A stretch of 64,000 nucleotides of DNA from Acholeplasma sp. (GTDB lineage: Bacteria > Bacillota_I > Bacilli_A > Acholeplasmatales > UBA5453), in the NCBI GenBank assembly GCA_036677365.1, contig JAVBWN010000030.1:89422-153421 (forward strand). Direction: 5' to 3'. Below the pieces are notes generated by a model. That model did no database searches. It saw nothing but the letters and a program-made list of their open reading frames with translations, and was not told the DNA's origin. How positions within the stretch are numbered: the stretch's first letter is position 1; each line of letters starts with the position of its first letter. Positions 33,011-42,686 of the stretch are shown piece by piece. The position numbers and the translations under genes were made by a program.

Positions 33011-35081
33011 TTTCTTTTCTTACTTAGATGGTTTTAATTTAATCACGATTATGGTACCTAAACCAATCGATAATGATCATAAAAAGTTTGCCCTTGAAAG
33101 TGGCGTTCAAAAGATTGCTTTAACCATCACAAAAGTCCAAAATATCGGGGCAGAAACCAAATATACGTGTGCCATCAATGACACCATCTTTTTAAATCAA
33201 AACTACATGGTTTTTGATGAATCGAGAAACCAATCCTTTTTAAGAACGGGACAAATCGTTCGTACCGAACTATTCGATATGATGTACGATTATGATGGGG
33301 ATGATTTAGGTGTCACCTATAGTGAGACACAATCCACCTTTAAGCTTTGGACACCTGTAGCCAAAGAAGTTGAACTTGAACTCATTGACTTAAAAGGGAT
33401 TAAGCAATTCATCGATCTACGTTACCAAGAATTAGGCATTTGGTCGGTGACCATATTTGGCAATTTAGATGGGTACAAATACCGTTATAAAGTCCGAGTG
33501 AATGAAACATTCAAGACAACCACAGACCCATATGCCATCGCTTCATCCGCCAATGGGGCATACAATTACGTCGTAAATCCTCAAAAATTTTATGCGTTTA
33601 AACACGTCAAACCTGAGTTTTCGGGTCGTAAAGTAGACGCCATCATTTATGAAGCCTCAATCCGTGACTTTACGATTGGTAAGTCTTCAAAGGCTAAACA
33701 AAAAGGTTTATACAAAGGATTCATTGAAGAACTACCCAATGAAGGTTTAGCACACATCACCGATTTGGGGATTACCCATGTTCAATTGATGCCAGTGTAT
33801 GACTTTGAAGGTACCGATGAAATAAAGAAAGATGAGTTTTATAACTGGGGCTATAACCCTTCACAATACAACGTTCCAGAAGGTTGGTTCTCAGCCAACC
33901 CTGACCACCCATATGAACGTATCAATGAATTGCGTGAACTCGTCGATACCCTCCACGGTAAAGGCTTAAGAGTCAATATGGATGTGGTCTATAACCATGT
34001 GTATAATATGGGGACATTCCCATTTGAAAAATTGGTGCCAGGCTATTTCTTCCGGTTTGATGATAAAGGCATTCGCACCGAAGTTTCAGGCTGTGGAAAC
34101 GACATCGCTTCAGAACGTCCGATGATGCAAAAATTCATTTTAAACTCCATCAAATGGTGGATGAACACCTATCACATCGATGGATTTAGATTCGATTTGA
34201 TGGGTTTATTAGACATTGAAACCATGAATAAAGTCGATAGTTTGGTTCGCTCAATTGACCCCGCTGCGTTCGTGTATGGTGAAGGTTGGAATATGTCTAA
34301 TACCTTGCCACCAGAAAAACGCGCACACATGGGCAACCAACAATTCATGCCATTCATCGCCCATTTTAATGACGCATTTAGAGAAGCCATCAAAGGGGGA
34401 ACGTTCTCCTCAACCCTCGGTTTCGCGATGGGTGGAAAAGTATCGAATGCGGATTTATTCTATTTATTCACAGGCAGCGCAGTCGACCAATACCGTTTCT
34501 TTAATCCCAATCAATCGATTAACTATATTGAGTGCCACGATAACCATACCTTCTATGACCGAGCAAAAGTATTGAATCCAAACTTTACTGACGCTGAAAT
34601 CAAAGATTTCTCTAGACTTGGATTAAGCTTCGTATTGCTTTCACAAGGTGTTCCATTCATCCATGCGGGACAAGAATTTTTAAGAACCAAACAAGGGGTA
34701 GAAAATTCATATAAATCCCCAGATAGTATCAACCAAGTGGACTGGACACTGAGAGCACAACACCTCGATTTAATCCAAACAGTCAAAGATTTGATCGATA
34801 TTAGAAAGACGTATAAAGTGTTTAGATTAAGACAAGTTGCTGACATCAAGCAATCCATTCGTATATCAGAACAAAGTGTCCAAACCTCCACCGTTTCATT
34901 CACATTAAATGGCCTAAATCAGACGATTAGGGTGTTCTTTAAGAATAACTATATCGATGAACTATTACCTGCGGGCGAAGGCTTTAGAGTCATTTTTGAC
35001 GGGTTTAAAAAAGTTGACCAACCAGTCACATCGTATGTAGTTAATCAACCCGGTGCATATATATTTGTAAAGGAGAACTAA
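33000..35081 (+). CDS. Type I pullulanase (GH13), no signal peptide
   Basis: YNWGYNP, DVVYNH, DGFRFDLM, YGEGW, ECHDN. Confidence 0.93.
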   Translation: MKSDFFSYLDGFNLITIMVPKPIDNDHKKFALESGVQKIALTITKVQNIGAETKYTCAINDTIFLNQNYMVFDESRNQSFLRTGQIVRTELFDMMYDYDGDDLGVTYSETQSTFKLWTPVAKEVELELIDLKGIKQFIDLRYQELGIWSVTIFGNLDGYKYRYKVRVNETFKTTTDPYAIASSANGAYNYVVNPQKFYAFKHVKPEFSGRKVDAIIYEASIRDFTIGKSSKAKQKGLYKGFIEELPNEGLAHITDLGITHVQLMPVYDFEGTDEIKKDEFYNWGYNPSQYNVPEGWFSANPDHPYERINELRELVDTLHGKGLRVNMDVVYNHVYNMGTFPFEKLVPGYFFRFDDKGIRTEVSGCGNDIASERPMMQKFILNSIKWWMNTYHIDGFRFDLMGLLDIETMNKVDSLVRSIDPAAFVYGEGWNMSNTLPPEKRAHMGNQQFMPFIAHFNDAFREAIKGGTFSSTLGFAMGGKVSNADLFYLFTGSAVDQYRFFNPNQSINYIECHDNHTFYDRAKVLNPNFTDAEIKDFSRLGLSFVLLSQGVPFIHAGQEFLRTKQGVENSYKSPDSINQVDWTLRAQHLDLIQTVKDLIDIRKTYKVFRLRQVADIKQSIRISEQSVQTSTVSFTLNGLNQTIRVFFKNNYIDELLPAGEGFRVIFDGFKKVDQPVTSYVVNQPGAYIFVKEN

Positions 35082-35082
35082 C

Positions 35083-35982
35083 ATGGAATTTAATGCAAAA
35101 GTAGAAAATATGAATGTCGGTTCGGACTTTCAAAATGTCAATGTAACTTTGGTGAATGGCGAGAAAAAGAATTTGAAATTGACAGATGATCAAGCTCGAA
35201 AAATGGAATTAGGTAAAACCTACCATTTTGAAGTGGAATCTTACATGAAAGATGAAAAAGAACAGTTTAAAGTCGTATCATTTACAGGTATTTTTGAATA
35301 CATTCAAGACCCAGTAGTACTTAAAGAAGAATTGAGAAATTTCTATGAGTATGCACCCGTGGACATGAAAGTTCTACGAGATGATATTCATGGTTACATC
35401 CATGCCATCGAAAATAAAGTACTGAGTGACATAACAAAACATATTTTTAAACAATATGAGCATAGTTTCTTTATGTTTCCGGCGGCAGTCAGGTTTCACC
35501 ATGCTTACATTGGTGGGTTGGCCTATCATACCAAAGTCATGCTCGATATGGCGAAACAATTCATCGGTATTTATCCATATTTAAATAAGGATTTATTATA
35601 TAGCGGGATTTTGTTGCATGACATTTGTAAAGTCGATGAACTGAATGGCTTTGAAGGTGGCGAATACACCTTAGAAGGTCAATTGATTGGACACCTGGTT
35701 ATGGCATCTCTCAAGGTTGCTGAAGCAGCGAAAACCTTAGGATATGAAAAGGAAGAAGCTGTTTTGGTATTAAACCACATTTTATTATCTCACCACGGGT
35801 TACCAAACTTTGGTGCAGCAAGAAAACCAGCCACAGCTGAAGCGATGCTCATTTGGTACATCGATACCATTGATTCTAAATTCACTGTGTTAGGTGAAGA
35901 ACTTGAAAAAACACAACCGGGTGACTTTACTCAAGGCATCGCTGTGTTGGATAAAACTAGATTTTATAAGACAAAACTATAA
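35083..35982 (+). CDS. YhaM-like HD-domain 3'-5' exoribonuclease
   Basis: PAAVRFHHAYIGGLAYH, LLHDICK, SHHG; N-terminal OB-like region. Confidence 0.85.
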   Translation: MEFNAKVENMNVGSDFQNVNVTLVNGEKKNLKLTDDQARKMELGKTYHFEVESYMKDEKEQFKVVSFTGIFEYIQDPVVLKEELRNFYEYAPVDMKVLRDDIHGYIHAIENKVLSDITKHIFKQYEHSFFMFPAAVRFHHAYIGGLAYHTKVMLDMAKQFIGIYPYLNKDLLYSGILLHDICKVDELNGFEGGEYTLEGQLIGHLVMASLKVAEAAKTLGYEKEEAVLVLNHILLSHHGLPNFGAARKPATAEAMLIWYIDTIDSKFTVLGEELEKTQPGDFTQGIAVLDKTRFYKTKL

Positions 35983-35987
35983 AAGAC

Positions 35988-36059
35988 AAACCAGTGCCAA
36001 AAAGCACTGGTTTTATATTATTTATGATGAAAAAAGAGGACTTTTGAAGGTCCTCTTTT
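35988..36059. terminator. Pair of terminators between convergent genes
   Basis: AAACCAGTGC/GCACTGGTTT (35988-36013) and AAAAGAGGAC/GTCCTCTTTT (36032-36059). Confidence 0.75.
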
Positions 36060-36068
36060 GTAGATCGT

Positions 36069-38885
36069 TTAGTTTTGATGAGGGAAACTTGTCCACCAGT
36101 CACCATAAATCTCATTGAATTCGACATTGTCAAAGACATAGGAGAAGAATTGGTCTTGGTTGATTTGAACTAATCTTTCAGCTTTAGCGTTGTTTGCAGC
36201 GCTTGCAAAGTTGTAGTTAGTTGAATCTAACAATCTATATAGTAAGTTTAATTGGTTTTGAGAACCCGTGTACTTAGCATAGATTGGAGCGAAGTATGCA
36301 GTGATTGCAGTAGATACGCTTGAAGGTAAGTTTTCAACACCGTATTCAGAATCTTTTTCATTTAAGTAAATTTGAATTTGATTAGCAGAAATTGCATCGG
36401 TATCACTATAGGCATTTAGGTAATACTTGTTACCTTCAGCATCTGTGTATTCGATTCTTTCATAAATCATGTATTCATCGGTATCTTTAGCTTTAGAGTC
36501 ATCATCAGCAGTAAATTTAGCGCTGCTAGCAACAGATCCACCTGTAGCTAAGATTAAGTGCCAACCGAATGCAGTTTCTAATACTTGCGCATAGTCTGCT
36601 GGGGAAGCTTGTAACCATTGGCTAGGGAAACTCTTGTTTGCGTCGTATTCAGCTCTAACTTGTGCATAAATTTCTTTTGCACCTGCATAGAATGCGTCAT
36701 CTAATTTAGATGTAGAACCGATGGTATTTGTGGAGTTAGTAATTGCGGATAAGTTTTCAAACTTGAGGTTCAAACCAGCCGCTTTATAGGATGACCATCT
36801 GCATTCTGCAGTGACATCTAGTGGTGGAACTGTACAAGATTGAGGTGCAATTCTACCTGCAGTATTGAATTCTTCAACAATGGCATTTAAACCAGTTGAA
36901 ATCGAAGAATAAGTCAATGCTCTGTCGTGGATTAATACCATGAATTCAACCAATAAGTCTTGGAAGTCAGCTAATTTAGCAGCATCTAATGTTTCGAAGT
37001 ATTCAGAAGGATCATCTGGTTTATCGTCTTCATTCATATCGATATAAACCAATAAATGAGAGGATGATAATGAGAAGAATTGGTCTCTTAAGCGGTTTGC
37101 ATAATCAGCGAAAGTCGCATAAATGGTATCACCGTATTGTGCTTCAAGGTCTTTGAGGTAAGCATCTTCTAATGCAGCAGCGACATAAACGTTTTGAATT
37201 GCTTCATCGATTGATGTTGCACGGAATGCCAACATTAAGAAGTTCTTTCTACCCATCGAAGCTGGATATCCAGACGATGCGTAGTAGTCTTGACCAAATT
37301 GTTTGATGATGGTTTCAATATTCTTACGATATTCAGCTCTCTTTTCAGCTGTAATGGTATCAACATAATCAGAAGCTTTCAATGTTTGACGGATAGCCAT
37401 ATCGATTGCTACTGAGACGCCAAGTCTCTTTTCAAGTTGTGCGTAGAATGCATCTACAGTGATGTCGTTACCCTCAACTTTTGCAATTAAAGTCTTGCTG
37501 GATTTAGAAGCAAGTTTAACTTCCTTAAAGCTTTGAGCTAAGTATAGTTGAACAAGTTCGTCATAAATAACGATATCAGCTTTATTAAGTCTTTCAGTTG
37601 CCTTGGTGGAGATATAAGAGGTTGTAAGTTTAGCTTCTAATACTTTGTCATAAATTTCTTCTGCTTTTTCAGTCAATTGACCAGCTTCATCATAGACGAT
37701 GAAATTCTTGTCTTCATCCATCCACTCTAAAACGGCTTCATTGTGGTCTTTAAGCTTGTAAACTAAGAAGTAGTTAGAACCACTTAAGCGTGGGCTTGCT
37801 GTAAATCTGGTTTCACCTTCAGCGGTTCCAAGTGTGTTGTAAATATAAGTACGTAGGCTTGTGTTTGTGAAGTCTTCATAAGCTCTTGTAAATGGAACGT
37901 TGTCCAAATCAGCTAGAATGCCATCAACAGTGTAGTTTGTATTTACTTGATCACGGAAACTGTAGATATAGTTGTAAATTTCTAAGAATTTGACGAGTGT
38001 TTCATCTTGTGTTAATGCAACATCGGAATCAGAACCCGCATCTGGATTGATGGAGTATTTGTCGTAGTATTTACGATAATCTGCTTCACTGATTGAACCA
38101 GTATTTGAGATACCAAGTTCAGTTAATGTTGTTGCTGCACGTCCAGTTACCACACTTACTCTTGGGTCTTGGAGTACATATAATTGGCTTCTATAAGCCT
38201 TTAAGTTAAATCTACGTAATGTTGCGTTTGCTTCATTAAGGTTTACGAAACGAATGGTGATTGCACTCACATCGTAATTGTTTTTAACGTTGTTGTTAAA
38301 GTAAGTAGCTAGATCTTTGTCGATGTTGATAAAGCTTGTAGATTTGCTGTCTTTAACTTCTTCAATAAGAAGGGTTCTTGCATAAATCTTTTTAGCAACG
38401 TTAAGTTTGTAGTAGTCTAGAATATCAGAACTGTGGTTTTCAAAGTCAACGATGTCGATATCGCCTTCTGCAACAGTTGAGTTAGCTAGATAGAATGAAT
38501 CCACGAATGATTTCACTTTTGTGCTAATCGTTTTCGCATCATATTCTTTAAGTGTTTCTATATCTGAAGTACCGAAAATCGCTTCATTAGCAAACTTGAC
38601 TAAATCTTCTGCATAAGTTGCAGGGTTTGCTTCGATTAGGGCTAGTTCTTCGGCATATAAGATCTTTTCAATCATTTCGACTAAGACTGAAGAACTACTT
38701 AGACGCATCTCTTGATACAATTCTTTTTCAGTGATGCTGTATCCGTCTCCACTTAGATAGACCGTGTTTCCAAGGCTACCGTAAGGGGTGGATAAGGATT
38801 TGCTGCCGCATGCGGCAAGCGTAACTGCAAAAGTCGTAAGTAGGACTAAAGCAGCTAATTTCTTAATGAGATTAGTTTTATTCAC
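36069..38885 (-). CDS. Large lipoprotein; tandem PrsA/parvulin-like foldase
   Basis: GTG start after AAGGAGTG; lipobox LAAC; parvulin motifs SSHLLV and ETAFGWHLI; two PrsA-N-like segments. Confidence 0.7.
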   Translation of the reverse strand: MNKTNLIKKLAALVLLTTFAVTLAACGSKSLSTPYGSLGNTVYLSGDGYSITEKELYQEMRLSSSSVLVEMIEKILYAEELALIEANPATYAEDLVKFANEAIFGTSDIETLKEYDAKTISTKVKSFVDSFYLANSTVAEGDIDIVDFENHSSDILDYYKLNVAKKIYARTLLIEEVKDSKSTSFINIDKDLATYFNNNVKNNYDVSAITIRFVNLNEANATLRRFNLKAYRSQLYVLQDPRVSVVTGRAATTLTELGISNTGSISEADYRKYYDKYSINPDAGSDSDVALTQDETLVKFLEIYNYIYSFRDQVNTNYTVDGILADLDNVPFTRAYEDFTNTSLRTYIYNTLGTAEGETRFTASPRLSGSNYFLVYKLKDHNEAVLEWMDEDKNFIVYDEAGQLTEKAEEIYDKVLEAKLTTSYISTKATERLNKADIVIYDELVQLYLAQSFKEVKLASKSSKTLIAKVEGNDITVDAFYAQLEKRLGVSVAIDMAIRQTLKASDYVDTITAEKRAEYRKNIETIIKQFGQDYYASSGYPASMGRKNFLMLAFRATSIDEAIQNVYVAAALEDAYLKDLEAQYGDTIYATFADYANRLRDQFFSLSSSHLLVYIDMNEDDKPDDPSEYFETLDAAKLADFQDLLVEFMVLIHDRALTYSSISTGLNAIVEEFNTAGRIAPQSCTVPPLDVTAECRWSSYKAAGLNLKFENLSAITNSTNTIGSTSKLDDAFYAGAKEIYAQVRAEYDANKSFPSQWLQASPADYAQVLETAFGWHLILATGGSVASSAKFTADDDSKAKDTDEYMIYERIEYTDAEGNKYYLNAYSDTDAISANQIQIYLNEKDSEYGVENLPSSVSTAITAYFAPIYAKYTGSQNQLNLLYRLLDSTNYNFASAANNAKAERLVQINQDQFFSYVFDNVEFNEIYGDWWTSFPHQN

Positions 38886-39048
38886 AATGTTCACTCCTTG
38901 AATTTTAATCACAAGCACTATTAATATAACACACATATATAGGGTTTGCAATCGTTTTTATGTGTTTTCACAATCTCACACAAAAGCCTTAATATGAAAT
39001 ATTAGGTATTTAGGTTGGGCTTCATGTTATAATGGTTTTGGTGATATT

Positions 39049-39831
39049 TTGAAACTATATTCTATCGCGAGTGGATCAAGCGGAAATGCCACTTATATTG
39101 AACATGAAAATTTACGAATATTGGTCGACGCAGGCATCAGTTTTAAGAAACTCAGCAATGCTTTTTTAAGCGAAAATATGAGTGTTTTCCATTTGACGCA
39201 TGTCTTGATTACACATGAACACGTGGATCATATTCGAGGTATGGAAACGCTCTTTAATAATATAAACGTACCAATTTACACTTCATATGGGACAGCCAAA
39301 TACATGAAGTATCTTGAAAGTGAAAAATATGCTGATAAAATTCGTATCATCGAAGCATTTTCACCATTTACCATCGGTTCACTAAAAATAACACCAATTC
39401 CTTTGTCGCATGATGCTGCAGAACCACTTGGTTTTATATTTGAAACTAAGGGTATTAAACTTGGGTATGTAACAGATACTGGATACATACGTGAAGGCTT
39501 AATAGAGCCGCTATCGAATTGTGATTTCTACTATTTCGAGGCGAATCATGACCCGGTATTATTAAAGAATTCAAACCGCCCATATCCAACCATTCACCGC
39601 ATTTTAACAGAACGTGGGCACCTTTCAAACGAAGATTCGGCGTATTATTTATCTAAAATGATTGGACCGAAGACCAAAGGCATCATCATGGCACACATTT
39701 CTGAAGAGTGTAATACGATTGATAAAATCAAATCAACCTATCAAACGGTATTCAAGGCCAATCAAAAGTCATTTGAGTCACTCAAGATTTATTATGCTTC
39801 ACAAACGCCTCTTGAGGTCATCGAATTATGA
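39049..39831 (+). CDS. MBL-fold metallo-hydrolase (YycJ/WalJ-like)
   Basis: SGSSGN, THEHVDH, SHDA, EANHD, GHLSN. Confidence 0.9.
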   Translation: MKLYSIASGSSGNATYIEHENLRILVDAGISFKKLSNAFLSENMSVFHLTHVLITHEHVDHIRGMETLFNNINVPIYTSYGTAKYMKYLESEKYADKIRIIEAFSPFTIGSLKITPIPLSHDAAEPLGFIFETKGIKLGYVTDTGYIREGLIEPLSNCDFYYFEANHDPVLLKNSNRPYPTIHRILTERGHLSNEDSAYYLSKMIGPKTKGIIMAHISEECNTIDKIKSTYQTVFKANQKSFESLKIYYASQTPLEVIEL

Positions 39832-40274
39832 AATTAACCATCATTTGTGTGGGTAAAATGAAGCAAACATATTTAAAAGATGCGATCCAAGATTACATTA
39901 AACAGTTACCCTATCCAATGGAGATTATTGAAGTTCAAGACGAAAAAGAATCCTCTGGCATGACGATTGAGGAAAAACGTATTTTAAGTAAAGTCGGACT
40001 TAACGATTTTGTCATTGGATTAGCAATCAAAGGTGAAATGCTAACCTCAGAACAATTTGCAGATAAACTAGATCGTTGGATGACATACGATAAAAAAGAC
40101 TTAACATTTATCATCGGTGGGTCATATGGTTTTACAGAAGCAGTATATTCACGTTGTAATTATTTGCTGTCTTTTTCGAAAATGACATTTCCCCATCAAT
40201 TGATGAGGGTTATTCTAGTAGAACAAATCTATCGCGGATTTCAAATACTCAAAGGACACCCATATCACAAGTAA
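39828..40274 (+). CDS. rlmH: 23S rRNA m3-pseudouridine1915 methyltransferase
   Basis: FIIGGSYG, MTFPHQLMR, EQIYR, PYHK. Confidence 0.97.
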   Translation: MKLTIICVGKMKQTYLKDAIQDYIKQLPYPMEIIEVQDEKESSGMTIEEKRILSKVGLNDFVIGLAIKGEMLTSEQFADKLDRWMTYDKKDLTFIIGGSYGFTEAVYSRCNYLLSFSKMTFPHQLMRVILVEQIYRGFQILKGHPYHK

Positions 40275-40294
40275 AACCACAACATTGTGGTTTT
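40273..40294 (+). terminator. Probable terminator after rlmH
   Basis: AAAACCACAA/TTGTGGTTTT inverted repeat. Confidence 0.55.
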
Positions 40295-40429
40295 AAAATT
40301 ATCTTAGACATAAATTGACATGTTACATAGTAAAATCTGCATATAATTTATTAAAGAGCATAAAAATCAATTCAATAATCAATAATGATAGCATTATATT
40401 GTATTCATTAATTCAGTGAGGTAATTCAT

Positions 40430-41068
40430 ATGTATCAATATGTTATTTGGGATTTCAATGGCACCATTTTGGATGATTTAGATTTATGTCTAGACCTTCT
40501 AAATCAAATGCTTATAAAACAAGCCAAACCAGTTTTATCTGTTGAAGCATATAAAAATGTTTTTGGGTTTCCTATCAAAGACTATTATATTCAAGCTGGA
40601 TTGACCTTTGATGTGATGTCTTTTGATGAACTAAGTCAATTTTTCATCGAAAGGTATCAACCAGCCAGTTTTCATTGCAAGATTCACTCGGGTGTAATTG
40701 AAACTTTGAATCAGTTGGAATACTTAGGTATCAAGAGTATAATTCTATCGGCCTCACAAACCGATAATTTAATTGAACAAACCAAAGTACTTAAAATCTA
40801 TGATTTCTTTGAACACATCATCGGAACTGACAACATCAAAGGTCAAGGTAAGGTTGAACGTGGCATTCAATTCATGAAGTCTTCCAACATCGATCCGAAC
40901 GTCTGTATTTATGTTGGAGATACCATACACGACGCAGAGGTTGCCAAGGCTTTAGGTGTAAAAGTGTTGTTATACGCAGGCGGGCATCAATCAGAAAGCC
41001 GTTTAAGAACAGCAAATGAAAGAATTATTTATGATTTTAATGATATAATTAACGTTATAAAGGGGTGA
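40430..41068 (+). CDS. HAD-family hydrolase
   Basis: WDFNGT motif I, LSAS, K, GDTIHD. Confidence 0.88.
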   Translation: MYQYVIWDFNGTILDDLDLCLDLLNQMLIKQAKPVLSVEAYKNVFGFPIKDYYIQAGLTFDVMSFDELSQFFIERYQPASFHCKIHSGVIETLNQLEYLGIKSIILSASQTDNLIEQTKVLKIYDFFEHIIGTDNIKGQGKVERGIQFMKSSNIDPNVCIYVGDTIHDAEVAKALGVKVLLYAGGHQSESRLRTANERIIYDFNDIINVIKG

Positions 41069-41076
41069 ATTTTGTA

Positions 41077-41544
41077 ATGAAATTCCTTAAAGGTTTTAAA
41101 GCGTTCGTAAGTCGCGGTAATGTTTTAGACTTGGCTGTTGGGGTCATCATGGCTACAGCCTTTGGTAAGATTGTTTCATCCATGATCAATGATATTTTAT
41201 TCCCACTGATTGCAGCACTTTTAGGTGAAGCCGATTTTAAGGACCTCGTTTGGCGTGTTCGCGAAATTGGTACTGATGTCACTACAGGGAATCCGATTTA
41301 TGCCACAGTAAAATATGGTAACTTTATACAAGTTACATTTGAGTTCTTATTGATAGCCTTATTCATTTATATCGTCATCGTTCAAATCGTTAAAGGTCAA
41401 GCTAAAAAAGAACGATTAGCTGAAGAAGAAAGAATTAAAAAAGAAGAGGAAGCAAAACAAAACCCTCAACCAGTTGTAAAACCAGAAGACATCTTATTAC
41501 TAGAAGAAATTAGAGACTTGTTAAAGAAAAATAGCACGAAGTAA
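41077..41544 (+). CDS. mscL: Large-conductance mechanosensitive channel
   Basis: FKAFVSRGNVLDLAVGVI, YGNFI, LLEEIRDLLK. Confidence 0.96.
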   Translation: MKFLKGFKAFVSRGNVLDLAVGVIMATAFGKIVSSMINDILFPLIAALLGEADFKDLVWRVREIGTDVTTGNPIYATVKYGNFIQVTFEFLLIALFIYIVIVQIVKGQAKKERLAEEERIKKEEEAKQNPQPVVKPEDILLLEEIRDLLKKNSTK

Positions 41545-41571
41545 AGTGCTTTTTTCATAGGAGGATTTAAA

Positions 41572-42465
41572 ATGGATTTCGAACTCTTTAAACAGAAAAT
41601 TTATGATCAAGGTCGAGATTTAGAAGTGGCGATATTCAATACACTTTTTGAAAACGATGACAGATCAATGGTCGCGTATGCATTATCAATATATCAAAAT
41701 AAAGATGGTGGTTTTGGTCATGGTTTAGAACCAGACTCAACAAATCCTAACTCATCCCCATTTCAAACATCGGTTGCACTTGAGATATTGGTTGATGTTG
41801 GATTTCGTGATAACAATCTTGATGAATACACCAAAGACCTTGTGAACCGTGCCTTTAAATATTTAGTAAAAACCATGAATGATGATTTGTGGCCAGCCAC
41901 CATACCATCAAACAATGATTTTCCATGTGCTGTTTGGTGGATGCATGATCCTAACAAAACGCAAACCATCAACCCAACTGGAAGCATTTTAGCATCCACC
42001 ATATTGCTTGCTAATAAAAATACATCGGGATACAAATCAGCACTCGCGATGGCTACAAAGCATATTCAAGCATATTTGAATACCCCTTGTCATGAAAAAC
42101 ATGAGCTTGCTGTACTTGCAAGACTATACCATGCTTTAAAAGAAGAAGAACCTCAATTTGAATTATTGTCACAGTTCAAAGAAAAACTATTCAAAGAGAT
42201 TCAAACATCCATTGACCCGGTGGATGCCTGGGAAGGCTATGCCACATTCCCTTTTGACTTTCCTCTTGACGATGAAAACTATGGCATAGATTCTAAAGTG
42301 ATTCAAGCGTCATTGGCGTATTTAAAGAAAACCTTAAGAACAAATTATTGGGAACCGTCATGGCAATGGTATAAGGACGAAGACACTTTTGAAATTCAAT
42401 CGATTAAATGGCATGGTATATTGATTAATAAATTCTTATCGTACATCTCACATATTCAAAAATAG
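41572..42465 (+). CDS. Hypothetical protein with prenyltransferase/squalene-cyclase-like repeat
   Basis: YQNKDGGFGHGLEPD; AGGAGG RBS. Confidence 0.6.
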   Translation: MDFELFKQKIYDQGRDLEVAIFNTLFENDDRSMVAYALSIYQNKDGGFGHGLEPDSTNPNSSPFQTSVALEILVDVGFRDNNLDEYTKDLVNRAFKYLVKTMNDDLWPATIPSNNDFPCAVWWMHDPNKTQTINPTGSILASTILLANKNTSGYKSALAMATKHIQAYLNTPCHEKHELAVLARLYHALKEEEPQFELLSQFKEKLFKEIQTSIDPVDAWEGYATFPFDFPLDDENYGIDSKVIQASLAYLKKTLRTNYWEPSWQWYKDEDTFEIQSIKWHGILINKFLSYISHIQK

Positions 42466-42466
42466 A

Positions 42467-42495
42467 TTGTAATTGAATGATTTCTGTGATAATAT
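42467..42495 (+). promoter_or_regulatory. Candidate promoter of the aro/tyr operon leader
   Basis: TTGTAA (42467-72), 17-bp spacer, TAATAT (42490-95) with TG extension. Confidence 0.5.
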
Positions 42496-42521
42496 ATTTT
42501 CAAAAAGAAGGCTTGATTTTA

Positions 42522-42569
42522 ATGCAAAAGACTCAAATTAGATTTTCCTATTACTATTATTATATTTAA
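42522..42569 (+). CDS. Tyr-rich leader peptide MQKTQIRFSYYYYYI (putative attenuator peptide)
   Basis: ATG CAA AAG ACT CAA ATT AGA TTT TCC TAT TAC TAT TAT TAT ATT TAA; GAAGG RBS 10 nt upstream; precedes the tyrosine biosynthesis operon. Confidence 0.85.
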   Translation: MQKTQIRFSYYYYYI

Positions 42570-42636
42570 GGGAATGCAAACACATTCCTTTTTATTGGTG
42601 AACATAATAGGAAATGTGCTAATTGATGAACTTCTT

Positions 42637-42664
42637 ATCCTTAGGACATTCCTAAGGATTTTTT
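42637..42664 (+). terminator. Attenuator (conditional intrinsic terminator) upstream of DAHP synthase
   Basis: ATCCTTAGGA-CAT-TCCTAAGGAT followed by TTTTT, 22 nt before the start codon. Confidence 0.85.
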
Positions 42665-42686
42665 CATTTTTAAGGAGAGAAAAACC

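Noticed and set aside
31850..35982. cca-pullulanase-yhaM as a functional system
   Set aside because: The genes are tightly coupled but share no evident pathway; most likely compact-genome juxtaposition.
40252..40430. SCC-like island integrated at the rlmH 3' end
   Set aside because: rlmH is a known integration hotspot, but I saw no recombinase, no second att copy and no cargo genes; the downstream genes are housekeeping.
42500..42686. T-box riboswitch as the explanation for the aroF leader
   Set aside because: There is no T-box consensus (GGTGGnACC) before the terminator; only a weak GGTGAAC at ~42597, and no recognisable stem I. The Tyr-run ORF explains the region better.
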